Below are positions 37,351 to 46,721 of a DNA stretch of 64,000 nucleotides, in pieces. The number at the start of each line of letters is the position of its first letter. Positions within the stretch are counted from its first letter, which is position 1. The translations under genes and the position numbers were made by a program. This DNA is from Candidatus Levyibacteriota bacterium (GTDB lineage Bacteria > Patescibacteriota > Microgenomatia > Levybacterales > UBA12049): contig CAVRKE010000001.1 of the NCBI GenBank assembly GCA_963722305.1, positions 76,312-140,311 on the forward strand, read 5' to 3'. Below the pieces are notes generated by a model that was not told where the DNA came from, did no database searches, and saw only the letters and a program-made list of their open reading frames with translations.

Positions 37351-38547
37351 ATGCTTTGGTTGTTTCTGGTTTGGAGACTTGGTGGATTAGTAATTGCATT
37401 TATAGCCGATAAAGTTATTCCTTCCAGCGGAAGTTTTCAGTTATTTCTAAAGCCGATAGATTTAATTTCACATGTTCCTAATTTCATTCAAGACTCGGCT
37501 AATTTTGACGGCGTAAATTATTTACACATTGCCAGGTACGGATACGGATTGTACCAACAGGCTTTTTTCCCTCTTTTTCCATTGTTGATTCATATCTTTT
37601 CGTTTGTGACTAACGGTAATTATTTTATTGCCGGTTTTCTTCTTTCCAATGTTAGCTTTCTAATCGGGATAATTGTTTTCAAAAAATATTTACAGAGTAT
37701 AGGTATTAAGCCTAAAGAAATATTTTGGGTATTTCTTTTTTTACTGTTGTTTCCTACCGCCTTTTTCTTCGGCGCAGTATATACGGAAAGCTTGTTTTTT
37801 CTGCTGTTTGTTTTGGTACTATATTTTTTGCAGAAAAGGCAATATTGGTTGGTTTCAATCTGTTGTATTTTGGCTTCGTTCACCCGGCTGATTGGCATTT
37901 TTCTGTGCATACCGATATTTTTCACCGTCATTGTCCAGCAACAGCGGCTGCACACATTTTGGCAGAAGCGCAAATTTACATACCAAAATTTAAGGCATTT
38001 TCTTCCGACTTGCGGAAAAACGATGGTTTTAATATTTTCTCCATTATTGGGACTGCTTATTTACATGGGTTATTTAGTTTATACAGTACATAATCCGTTA
38101 GCTTTTTATAGTACGCAAAGTAATTTTAACGCCGGCCGGTCTACAACATCACTTATTTTGCTTCCGCAAGTCTATTATCGGTATTTAAATATTTTTATTC
38201 ACGCACAACCCAATCTTATTTATTGGGTAGCAGTGCTGGAGTTTTTCATCTTCAACTTGGTGTTACTAGTGTTACTGTACGATTTGTGGGCGCTTCGGCA
38301 GCAGAAAAATCTTCTCAACCGGTTAAGCTTGATTGGTTTGAATTTATTTTCACTGATTAATATAGTTTTGCCAACCCTAACCGGTACTATGTCATCTGTC
38401 CCGCGCTACGCCTTACTCTCTCTGCCCTTTTTTATTCGTTTGGGACTAATTAACAATAAAGTAATAAAGGGAACGCTGCTGATTTTGTTTATAGCTTTGT
38501 ACATTATTCTGTTGGCTCTTTTTACACAAGGTTACTTTGTCAGTTAA
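37351..38547 (+). CDS. Polytopic membrane protein resembling PIG-V/GT-C mannosyltransferase family
   Basis: 'NFDGVNYLHIARYGYGLYQQAFFPLFPLL' resembles the conserved block of PIG-V-type mannosyltransferases. Multi-TM. Confidence 0.45.
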   Translation: MLWLFLVWRLGGLVIAFIADKVIPSSGSFQLFLKPIDLISHVPNFIQDSANFDGVNYLHIARYGYGLYQQAFFPLFPLLIHIFSFVTNGNYFIAGFLLSNVSFLIGIIVFKKYLQSIGIKPKEIFWVFLFLLLFPTAFFFGAVYTESLFFLLFVLVLYFLQKRQYWLVSICCILASFTRLIGIFLCIPIFFTVIVQQQRLHTFWQKRKFTYQNLRHFLPTCGKTMVLIFSPLLGLLIYMGYLVYTVHNPLAFYSTQSNFNAGRSTTSLILLPQVYYRYLNIFIHAQPNLIYWVAVLEFFIFNLVLLVLLYDLWALRQQKNLLNRLSLIGLNLFSLINIVLPTLTGTMSSVPRYALLSLPFFIRLGLINNKVIKGTLLILFIALYIILLALFTQGYFVS

Positions 38548-38571
38548 GCTGAGTATAGATAAAAATCCATA

Positions 38572-39657
38572 TTGACAAAGATTATCGATTGGACTAATCT
38601 ACTTATTAATAAACAGTTCATGAAAAAAAGAGTCAATAAGGCTACCAAAGAGAACTCTTCGATTAATCCTGAAACTATTTGGAATTTCAAGCGGCTTCTC
38701 CTTCAAGAAATTAAAGAAAATGGCGGTTGGGTTAATTGTCATGCTCATGCCGACAGGGCTTTTACCATCAACCCCGACACTTTAGACATCTATAAAAAAC
38801 ATACACTTGAGGAAAAGTGGGATTTGGTAGATGTGGTAAAGAAAAACGCCAGTGTAGAAGACTATTACAAAAGAGTCTCGATGGCGCTTGAGGTTTTAAT
38901 TGCGCAAGGGGTATCTGCATTAGGCTCTTTTGTTGACGTTGATCCGGTGTGTGAGGACAGGGCTTTAAAAGGAGCACTAAAAGCCAGGGAACATTACAAA
39001 GATCAGATTGAAGTTAAATTGATGACTCAGACTCTTAAAGGGGTGATTAACAAAGAAGCGCGTAAGTGGTTTGACATTGGCGCCGAAGCGGTGGATATAA
39101 TCGGGGGATTGCCAAAGCGTGATGAAAGAGACTACGGCAAAGGGGCGGAACACATGGACATTCTTTTAGAAACGGGCAAAAAATATAATAAGATGGTGCA
39201 TGTTCATGTCGACCAATTTAATACGGTTGAGGATAAAGAAACAGAATTACTCTGCGACAAAACTATCGAGCATGGTATGCAAGGAAAAGTGGTAGCTATT
39301 CATAGTATTTCTTTGGGCGCACACCCCAAGGACTACAGGGATAAAGTCTATCAGAAACTAAAAAAAGCAGGTGTGATGGTCATCGCTTGTCCTATTGCCT
39401 GGATTGATTCAAGAAGAAAGGAAGTATTACAGCCATTTCATAATTCCTTAACTCCGGTTGACGAAATGGTGCCTGCCGGCATTACAGTCGCTTTGGGAAC
39501 AGATAATATTTGCGATTATATGGTACCGTTTTGCGACGGCGAGATGTGGCAAGAGTTACTGCTTCTGGCAACGGGTTGCCGCTTTTTAGAAATTGAAGAT
39601 TTGGTAAAGATTGCTACTGTCAACGGGAGAAAAGCCATCGGGTTGCCGCTTAAATAA
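38572..39657 (+). CDS. Amidohydrolase-superfamily protein, cytosine deaminase-like
   Basis: Metal-ligand motifs 'NCHAHADRAF', 'MVHVHVDQFN', 'ALGTDNICD'. Confidence 0.55.
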   Translation: MTKIIDWTNLLINKQFMKKRVNKATKENSSINPETIWNFKRLLLQEIKENGGWVNCHAHADRAFTINPDTLDIYKKHTLEEKWDLVDVVKKNASVEDYYKRVSMALEVLIAQGVSALGSFVDVDPVCEDRALKGALKAREHYKDQIEVKLMTQTLKGVINKEARKWFDIGAEAVDIIGGLPKRDERDYGKGAEHMDILLETGKKYNKMVHVHVDQFNTVEDKETELLCDKTIEHGMQGKVVAIHSISLGAHPKDYRDKVYQKLKKAGVMVIACPIAWIDSRRKEVLQPFHNSLTPVDEMVPAGITVALGTDNICDYMVPFCDGEMWQELLLLATGCRFLEIEDLVKIATVNGRKAIGLPLK

Positions 39658-39663
39658 ACTCAG

Positions 39664-41166
39664 TCATCGATTAATCTTGGCAATTTCTTCATTGAGCAAA
39701 TTTTCGGCCTTCTGACGGTTTAACTCTTTGTCTTTAAGCCAACTAAGCAGTTGCTGGGACTCTTTTCTAAGAATTGCGGCGCTTTCTTGGCTGCTTTTTA
39801 TGCCGGGGCTGCCAAATGACTTGGTTAGTTCAAGTATCACTTTCGGATTTTGCCAATCTTCAACTTGTTTTTTGCTAAGCTTGATGTTAATCTTTTCTTC
39901 ATCAAGAGCTTGCTTGACCGAGTCATAAGTTAATTTGTCCCGGTCCTTGGAATACTTAACCGCTTTTTCAATGACCACTTTGGCTCTGCGAAATGCCAAG
40001 CCATAATTGGAAGCAATTTGTTCAAGCAGTGTTGTTGTGCCAATAAAGCCCTTATTGCACCATTCTTCCATTTTCGCCCGATTAATAGTTAAGCCTTCAA
40101 TGACTCCTTTGACTATACTTGGGGCAAGAATGCACTCATTGACTAAATCGGTAATTAAGTATTTGGCCCATTGTGAGTCCCGGTTGTAGCCGATGAAACT
40201 GGCTTTGCCCATACTGAGTAATCCCTGCAACAGTCCGGCAGCCACGCTGGCTTTGCCTTTAATCACTTCCAATGAGTCGGGGTTTTTCTTTTGTGGCATG
40301 ATTGAGCTGCCGGTGGAGTAGGAATCGGCAATTTTCACCATCCCAAACTGGGGTGTGCAAAAAAGAATTAAAGTTTCGGAAATGACGGACAGATGGTCCA
40401 TTAAAACGGTGATGGCAAAAGCCAAATCGCTTTCCGCCTCCCAGCGGTTGGTAATTTCATCAAGCGAATTTACTTCCGGTCCCTCAAAGCCTAATAATTT
40501 ACTGGTTAAATGTCTGTCAATTGGAAACGAAGTGCCGTAGGAAACAATACTGCCTAGGGGATTGTAGTTGTGAAGCTTAAACCAGTTGGTAAAGCGCTTG
40601 GCATCCCGCGTAACCATCGAGGAAAACATCAGCATCAAGTGTCCAAAAGTTGTAATCATGGCATGCTGATGATGCGTAAAGCCGGGTAGCAAGACGTCAT
40701 TATATTTATCTGCAGATGTCAGCAAAGTATCGTTTAACAATAACAGTTCCGAAACAAAATTACCGACCTGGTCTTTTAGATACAACCTGGTGTCCAAGTT
40801 GGTTTGGTCGTTTCTGGAGCGGGCAGTGTGCAATCTTCCGGCAGTATCGACGCCGTATTTGTCAATCAGCCAGGATTCAACATTGGTATGGACGTCTTCT
40901 TTGGTTTCATCCAGATGAAACTTGTTTTGAGAAGCGAGCTTTGCAATTTCATCCAAACCCCTCAAAATTATTTTGGCGTCTTTTTTGGAGATAATTCCGG
41001 TTTTGTAAAGCATGACGCAGTGGGCTTTATCGCCGAGGATGTCATAGGGAAGAAGACAAAGGTCAACCGGAGGAATGCCTATGACGTCACGTCCGGCGGT
41101 AAAATCAATGACGGCTTTTTCCGGTTCAATTTCGAATGCCGAGCCCCAAAGTTTTTTATGCTTCAT
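39664..41166 (-). CDS. argH: Argininosuccinate lyase
   Basis: Lyase-1 signature 'GSSIMPQKKNPDSLEVIKGKA'. N-terminal 'KLWGSAFE'. Confidence 0.9.
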   Translation of the reverse strand: MKHKKLWGSAFEIEPEKAVIDFTAGRDVIGIPPVDLCLLPYDILGDKAHCVMLYKTGIISKKDAKIILRGLDEIAKLASQNKFHLDETKEDVHTNVESWLIDKYGVDTAGRLHTARSRNDQTNLDTRLYLKDQVGNFVSELLLLNDTLLTSADKYNDVLLPGFTHHQHAMITTFGHLMLMFSSMVTRDAKRFTNWFKLHNYNPLGSIVSYGTSFPIDRHLTSKLLGFEGPEVNSLDEITNRWEAESDLAFAITVLMDHLSVISETLILFCTPQFGMVKIADSYSTGSSIMPQKKNPDSLEVIKGKASVAAGLLQGLLSMGKASFIGYNRDSQWAKYLITDLVNECILAPSIVKGVIEGLTINRAKMEEWCNKGFIGTTTLLEQIASNYGLAFRRAKVVIEKAVKYSKDRDKLTYDSVKQALDEEKINIKLSKKQVEDWQNPKVILELTKSFGSPGIKSSQESAAILRKESQQLLSWLKDKELNRQKAENLLNEEIAKINR

Positions 41167-41335
41167 CTTTTAGGTAAAATCCTATTTATTGTAGCATGTT
41201 TTGTCAAGGAATGGTTGTTTAGTCACAACTTATTTTGAAGGTGTTGTTAAAAAAAGTAATAAGTTATTACATATATAAATTATATTAATTATGCAGTAAA
41301 TTAATATAATGAAAATAGTAATTAATATAAAGTAC

Positions 41336-41365
41336 TTGACAAATAATCTTTTTTGGTGTTATGAT
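41336..41365 (+). promoter_or_regulatory. Strong promoter for glnA with extended -10 (TTGACA-17/18-TGtTATGAT)
   Basis: -35 at 41336-41341. TG at 41357-41358. -10 TATGAT at 41360-41365, only about 11 nt before the ATG at 41377 (very short leader). Upstream direct repeat GTAA(A)TTAATATAA x2 (41298-41330). Confidence 0.55.
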
Positions 41366-41376
41366 ATTTTTGAAGC

Positions 41377-42813
41377 ATGGATGATACTTCCAAAATCAGA
41401 AATTTTTTAGAAATCCCCTACGATGAATTGGAAGAACTTAATTTAAAAGCTAAAGAAAAAAGATTGACAATCGACCCCGAAAAGCTGGAAGCGGAATATC
41501 GAGCGTACCTACTGAAGGAAAAAAGAATTAAAGCGGTCACGTTGTGCTTTACGGATATTGAAGGCCGTTTTCACATGCTTGATTACGACAAAAAATTTCT
41601 GCTTTCCTCTTCGGATAACTTGACTTTTGATGGTTCTTCAATTAGAGGTTTTACCGTGCAGAGCGAATCGGACCTGCGTTTCAAAATAGACTGGGGCAGT
41701 TTTATGTATTTGCCTTCCGATCTTTTCGGCCCGGGAAAAATAATCATGTTTGCCAATATTCTAAACAGGGATAAAAGTTTGTATGAGTCCGATTTTCGCG
41801 GGATACTTTGGCAATACGCCAAGGAATTAAAACAGAAAAAAGGATTGACCGCTAATGCTTCAGCAGAGATTGAAGGTTTTGTGGTTGAGGGGACAAATGC
41901 CGAGCAAAATTTTGACGAAAATAACGGATTTAAGCTGATTTCGACCGGCGGATATTTCCACTCTTTGCCGATGGATAATCTGCGTAAATTTATTGATGGT
42001 TCTGCCGAAGCACAGAGGGCAATGGGCTTTAAAAACGAAAAAGACCATCCGGAAGTTGCGCCTTCACAGTTTGAATTAAATTTTTCTTATACGGATGTGG
42101 TGAGAGCCTGTGACCAAATCCAGTTATATAAATTAGTTTGCCGTCAGGTTGCCAATAAGATGGGTTTGACTGCAACTTTTCTGCCCAAACCGATAATGGG
42201 GATAAACGGTAGCGGAATGCATACCAACTTTTCTTTATCGAAAAACGGGAAAAATATTTTTTATGATAGAAGCGGCCAAGACGGGTTATCTACAATTGCC
42301 TGGGATTTTATTTCCAAACTTTTGAACCATGCTTCGGAAATCTGTTTGATTGAGAACTCCAGCGTCAATGCCTATAGAAGGCTTGATCCGCATTTTGAAG
42401 CCCCAAACCAAATAAAAGTTTCGCCGATTGACAGGGGTTCAATGATTCGTATTCCAATCGGCAACGAAAGAACCGCCCGCATCGAAGTGCGTTCGGTTGC
42501 GCCGGATGCAAACCCATATTTATGGCTGTATACACTAATTAGGACCGGAATGAACGGGGAAAGATTAAAAAAAGACGGAAGTAAAAGAGACAGGTTAAGG
42601 TTTTTACCCGGGACAATTAGTGATGCGTTGAAGATTTTTAAGGCCAGTGATTTTATCGGCAGTATTTTGGGCGAAATAAATAAAGAAAAATTTGCTTACT
42701 TTAAGGAACAGGCTGCTGACAGAAGCCCCAAGGAGTTAGGCAACAGAGTTAAAAATTCGGAAGTACTTTTCCATCACGAAGTCACTAACCAGGCCCTGTG
42801 GAATACTTTCTAA
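41377..42813 (+). CDS. glnA: Glutamine synthetase (type I-like, with N-terminal extension)
   Basis: Beta-grasp 'FDGSSIRGF', catalytic 'NGSGMHTNFSL', 'SVNAYRRL'. Confidence 0.85.
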   Translation: MDDTSKIRNFLEIPYDELEELNLKAKEKRLTIDPEKLEAEYRAYLLKEKRIKAVTLCFTDIEGRFHMLDYDKKFLLSSSDNLTFDGSSIRGFTVQSESDLRFKIDWGSFMYLPSDLFGPGKIIMFANILNRDKSLYESDFRGILWQYAKELKQKKGLTANASAEIEGFVVEGTNAEQNFDENNGFKLISTGGYFHSLPMDNLRKFIDGSAEAQRAMGFKNEKDHPEVAPSQFELNFSYTDVVRACDQIQLYKLVCRQVANKMGLTATFLPKPIMGINGSGMHTNFSLSKNGKNIFYDRSGQDGLSTIAWDFISKLLNHASEICLIENSSVNAYRRLDPHFEAPNQIKVSPIDRGSMIRIPIGNERTARIEVRSVAPDANPYLWLYTLIRTGMNGERLKKDGSKRDRLRFLPGTISDALKIFKASDFIGSILGEINKEKFAYFKEQAADRSPKELGNRVKNSEVLFHHEVTNQALWNTF

Positions 42814-42820
42814 AGCTTGT

Positions 42821-44164
42821 ATGAAAAAACTGCTCCTTCCGTCAGCACTAGTTTTAATTGTTGGTATACTGGTTGGATTATCTTCCCGGCTTTTTGCCGG
42901 AGCGTCTGCAGGTTCAGCAAATACTGCATTAATAAATACCGGCGATACGGCCTGGGTACTGGTGGCAACCGCTTTAGTGATGCTTATGACTCCGGCTGTC
43001 GGATTTTTTTATGGGGGGATGGTCAGAAGAAAAAATGTCGTCAGTATTTTAAAGCAGTCGTTTGTGATTTTGGCAATCGTCAGTTTGCAGTGGGTACTGT
43101 TTGGTTATAGTTTAGTTTTTGGTAAAGATATTCACGGGCTTATCGGCGGACTGAATTATTTCGGGCTAAGAAATGTTGGTTTTAATCCGAACCCGCTCTA
43201 TGCCGCCACTATTCCTCATCTTGCCTTTATGATGTTTCAGGCAATGTTTGCGATTATCACCCCGGCCCTGATTATCGGGGCGGTGGCAGAGAGGATTTCA
43301 TTTAAGACTTTAATTATTTTTACTTTGTTGTGGACGACTTTTATTTACGATCCGATTGCCCATTGGGTTTGGAACGCTAACGGTTGGCTACATGTCTTAG
43401 GAGCTTTGGATTTTGCCGGTGGAACAGTGGTTCATATCAGCGCAGGCTTTGCTGGTCTGGCCGCCGCCATATTGGTCGGCGGGAGGTCTTTGGCAAAATC
43501 GAAACAGACAACGCAATACGCACATAATGTTCCGTTTGTGCTTTTGGGAGCGGCACTGCTTTGGTTTGGTTGGTTTGGTTTTAATGCCGGTAGCGCCTTA
43601 GCGGCGTCGGGTTTAGCCTGGAATGCTTTTGTGACCACTAATACGGCGGCGGCAGCAGCGGGATTGGTTTGGATGTTTCTCAGTTGGAAAGAGCATCACA
43701 AACCAAGCGCCATGGCGACTGCGACAGGGGCAGTTTGCGGTTTGGTGGCAATTACGCCGGCCAGTGGATTTGTTGGCCCAATGGCCAGTATCGCGATTGG
43801 CATAATTGCCGGGGCAGTGACTTATTCAGCCTTAATTTTTCGAACTAAAAAAATTCCGGTTGATGATACTTTGGATGTTTGGGCCGCTCATGGTGTTGGT
43901 GGTATGACAGGAGCAATTTTAACCGGCGTTTTTGCAGAAAAAGTAATCAATACAGCAGGAGCTAACGGCTTTCTGTTTGGTAATCCCAATCAATTATTGA
44001 TTCAACTGATTGCCGTAGGGGCAACAGCACTGTACGCTTTTGCAGGCAGTTGGATTCTGCTTAAATTACTAAGTTTCAGAATGAAGCTTAGGGTCACAAA
44101 AGCCGAAGAAAAAATAGGTTTGGATGCGGCCACCCACGGCGAAATAGGTTACGTTTTATCTTAA
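42821..44164 (+). CDS. amt: Ammonium transporter (Amt family)
   Basis: 'DTAWVLVATALVMLMTPAVGFFYGGMVRRKN' and 11 TM. Confidence 0.9.
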   Translation: MKKLLLPSALVLIVGILVGLSSRLFAGASAGSANTALINTGDTAWVLVATALVMLMTPAVGFFYGGMVRRKNVVSILKQSFVILAIVSLQWVLFGYSLVFGKDIHGLIGGLNYFGLRNVGFNPNPLYAATIPHLAFMMFQAMFAIITPALIIGAVAERISFKTLIIFTLLWTTFIYDPIAHWVWNANGWLHVLGALDFAGGTVVHISAGFAGLAAAILVGGRSLAKSKQTTQYAHNVPFVLLGAALLWFGWFGFNAGSALAASGLAWNAFVTTNTAAAAAGLVWMFLSWKEHHKPSAMATATGAVCGLVAITPASGFVGPMASIAIGIIAGAVTYSALIFRTKKIPVDDTLDVWAAHGVGGMTGAILTGVFAEKVINTAGANGFLFGNPNQLLIQLIAVGATALYAFAGSWILLKLLSFRMKLRVTKAEEKIGLDAATHGEIGYVLS

Positions 44165-44838
44165 AAAAGGATGTCTTCTATAAAACTAATCGGTGATTTT
44201 TCTTCCAGTTTTTGAAGGTCTTTCACCACAATCAAATGGTCCTTCTGAGAAATAATTTTTGCTCTGGTCAGCTTTTCAAGTTCCAAACTGGTTGATTCCC
44301 TCGATAGTGCCGCCAGAGTGCCGATAAGCCGGTGTGTGAGGGGTATGTCAATTACTAACTCTCCGCTGGCTATATTTTTACCAAACCTTCTTGCCAAGAC
44401 CAAAAGCACCGAGGCAACCTGCTGGTAAGCATTACCGGTTAGGAGCGCTTCCATGAGTCTTGTCATGCCGTCCAGACCGCTTAAAGTCCGCTTTGCCAGG
44501 TCATAAAGAATTTGTGGATTATCTTCAATGTACTTTACTATTTCATCCTTGGGTGCCTTTAATAGCAAAACGTCAGTTAAGCTTTCATAAAAATAAATAT
44601 TCGGAACATTATTCAATGCCCAGATCATCGAAAAGTATGTTCCGGGTTTAAAGATATTTAAAGTTATTTCTTTGCCGCCTTCCGAGATGAGATAAAGTCT
44701 GACAAAACCGGATTTAATATAGAAAATGCCTGATGGTTGCGCCGCCGGACCAAGAATTAATTGATTTTTCTTAAATTGCTGGACTGTTTTAAACTGGGCA
44801 AAAAAACTCTCGTCTAACTTTTGTAATGATTTTTTCAT
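44161..44838 (-). CDS. Crp/Fnr-family transcriptional regulator
   Basis: cNMP-binding beta-barrel plus C-terminal HTH 'RLIGTLAALSRESTSLELEKLTRAKIIS'. Confidence 0.85.
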   Translation of the reverse strand: MKKSLQKLDESFFAQFKTVQQFKKNQLILGPAAQPSGIFYIKSGFVRLYLISEGGKEITLNIFKPGTYFSMIWALNNVPNIYFYESLTDVLLLKAPKDEIVKYIEDNPQILYDLAKRTLSGLDGMTRLMEALLTGNAYQQVASVLLVLARRFGKNIASGELVIDIPLTHRLIGTLAALSRESTSLELEKLTRAKIISQKDHLIVVKDLQKLEEKSPISFIEDILF

Positions 44839-44924
44839 GGCTATTTTCGTAACGTTTCTTTCCTACAATATTATAGAGATAAAAAATGTTTGTCAAGCAA
44901 TCAATAAAGATATAAAATAGTGTT

Positions 44925-46151
44925 ATGAAGGTTTTTTCATTTTTAAGACATTATGGTGAAAAGGGCCTGCTGGTTTTAACCTCTTTATTTTGTCTTTACT
45001 CAACTTATCTTTACCTGACTGTTGGTCAAAGGGGTTACGATAAAGTGCTTTCTTCACTGGCTTTACAATTTACAAAATTGCACGTTGCTTTACCAATTTA
45101 CAATTTGCCGATTAGGGATATTTCGGCCTATTACAATAATTATTATGTTTATTTTGGGCCTTTGGCATCAATTCTTTTAATGCCCGGAGCGTTTTTTTTC
45201 GGTGATAACTTTCCGCAGGTAATCATTGGAGTCGGGTCAATGCTTGTCTCTTTTGTGACGGTTTATGTTATTGCCAAACACTTTAAATTTAGCCGTTTTG
45301 ACTCTTTTTGGCTGTCGTTATTTTTTGTTTTCTCAACCGTTTTATTCAGTTCGGGAGTAATTAATATTACTGCTTATCAAGTGGAAGCTTTGGGTGCACC
45401 GTTAATTCTTTTGGCAATCTGGGCCTATCTTTCCAAGAAGAATGGATTTTTAATCGGGCTATTTATTGCGTTGGCAACGATGACGAGGATTACACTGATG
45501 CTGAGCGTGGTTTTTTTCTTTATAGAAGTTTTACGAAAGAAATTTTCAATTAGAAATTTTTTGCTACTTTTAATTCCGGTGGTTTTGGCGCTGACACTTT
45601 TAGGGGCATATAATTTTCGGCGTTTCCATTCGGTATTGGAAACCGGCTATAGCTACAATATTACCAAAGCGGCATATCCAATCGGCGAAAACTTCAAATA
45701 CGGCGAAAAGGGTGTAATTCATATGCCGGCCAATTTATACAGTCTACTGTTAATGGGACCTGAGCCACTTCTTAAAGACAAAAGCGGGGGACTGGTCCTC
45801 AAATTTCCTTATATTAAAGTTAGTCCTTGGGGTGTGGCAATTTGGTTTACCTCGCCGCTTTTCTTGCTGCTTCTGACCAAGTTCAAAAAGGGAGAATATA
45901 CCCTTCCGGCTGGAATCACTACTTTTGTTTTGGCAATGCCGGTATTTTTATGGTATAGCATCGGCTACGCTCAGATTGGCTATCGCTATGCCCTGGATTT
46001 TTTGCCTTTCCTGTTTCTGCTGTTAATTCCATGTCTTACACCTAAATTAACCAAAACCGCAATTTTGTTGATTATCCTTGGAATTATTTTTAATCTGGTC
46101 TATACCGACAGCATTTGGGAACTCTATCCGCTTTTTAATATTTACCACTAA
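44925..46151 (+). CDS. Polytopic membrane protein (GT-C-like / hypothetical)
   Basis: About 12 predicted TM segments. No soluble-domain motif recognised. Confidence 0.35.
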   Translation: MKVFSFLRHYGEKGLLVLTSLFCLYSTYLYLTVGQRGYDKVLSSLALQFTKLHVALPIYNLPIRDISAYYNNYYVYFGPLASILLMPGAFFFGDNFPQVIIGVGSMLVSFVTVYVIAKHFKFSRFDSFWLSLFFVFSTVLFSSGVINITAYQVEALGAPLILLAIWAYLSKKNGFLIGLFIALATMTRITLMLSVVFFFIEVLRKKFSIRNFLLLLIPVVLALTLLGAYNFRRFHSVLETGYSYNITKAAYPIGENFKYGEKGVIHMPANLYSLLLMGPEPLLKDKSGGLVLKFPYIKVSPWGVAIWFTSPLFLLLLTKFKKGEYTLPAGITTFVLAMPVFLWYSIGYAQIGYRYALDFLPFLFLLLIPCLTPKLTKTAILLIILGIIFNLVYTDSIWELYPLFNIYH

Positions 46152-46179
46152 ATCCTCCCCATTGAAATTTTATAGGATT

Positions 46180-46659
46180 ATGGTTACCATAAAAGTAATG
46201 TTTAGTGTTTTTAAAAGCGTCTTCAAAAGAATAGAAGACAGTAAAAGATTGTCACAAATCCTCGTTTTAGTCAGTTTCTTAGTAACATTTGCGACTATAC
46301 GAATTATTACTCACCTGCAAAAAATTGGAGCTCTGTCTAATCCAGGGATAAGAGCGACTTTACATATCCACCACTTGGTTCCCGGAATAATTTTGGTACT
46401 AATCAGCGGCTATGTCGGACTATCTTTTTGGGCCAGCGACAGAATTAGGCATTTGATGGCAATACTTTTTGGTATAGGGGCGGCGTTGGTAATTGACGAG
46501 TTTGCGCTATGGTTATATTTAAAAGATGTTTACTGGGAAAAGCAAGGGAGGGCCAGTGTTGACGCGGTTATTTACGTCGTCATAATTTTTGCCATTATTT
46601 TTGTCGTAAGCGAAGTTCACGACCATCAGTGGATTAAAAGAATATTTAAACGGCATTAA
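46180..46659 (+). CDS. Hypothetical membrane protein
   Basis: The track ORF 46078-46659 overlaps the previous gene by 74 nt. Internal ATG 46180 (MVTIKVMFSV...) is the more plausible start. 4 TM. Confidence 0.35.
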   Translation: MVTIKVMFSVFKSVFKRIEDSKRLSQILVLVSFLVTFATIRIITHLQKIGALSNPGIRATLHIHHLVPGIILVLISGYVGLSFWASDRIRHLMAILFGIGAALVIDEFALWLYLKDVYWEKQGRASVDAVIYVVIIFAIIFVVSEVHDHQWIKRIFKRH

Positions 46660-46721
46660 TTTACTTTAAATAGAAATAAGGGAGGTTGAACAAAAATTTT
46701 ATTTAGAGTAAAATTATATGC

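Noticed and set aside
42817-43110. 97-aa ORF overlapping the start of amt in another frame
   Set aside because: It overlaps the ammonium transporter N-terminus almost completely, so it is a frame-shadow.
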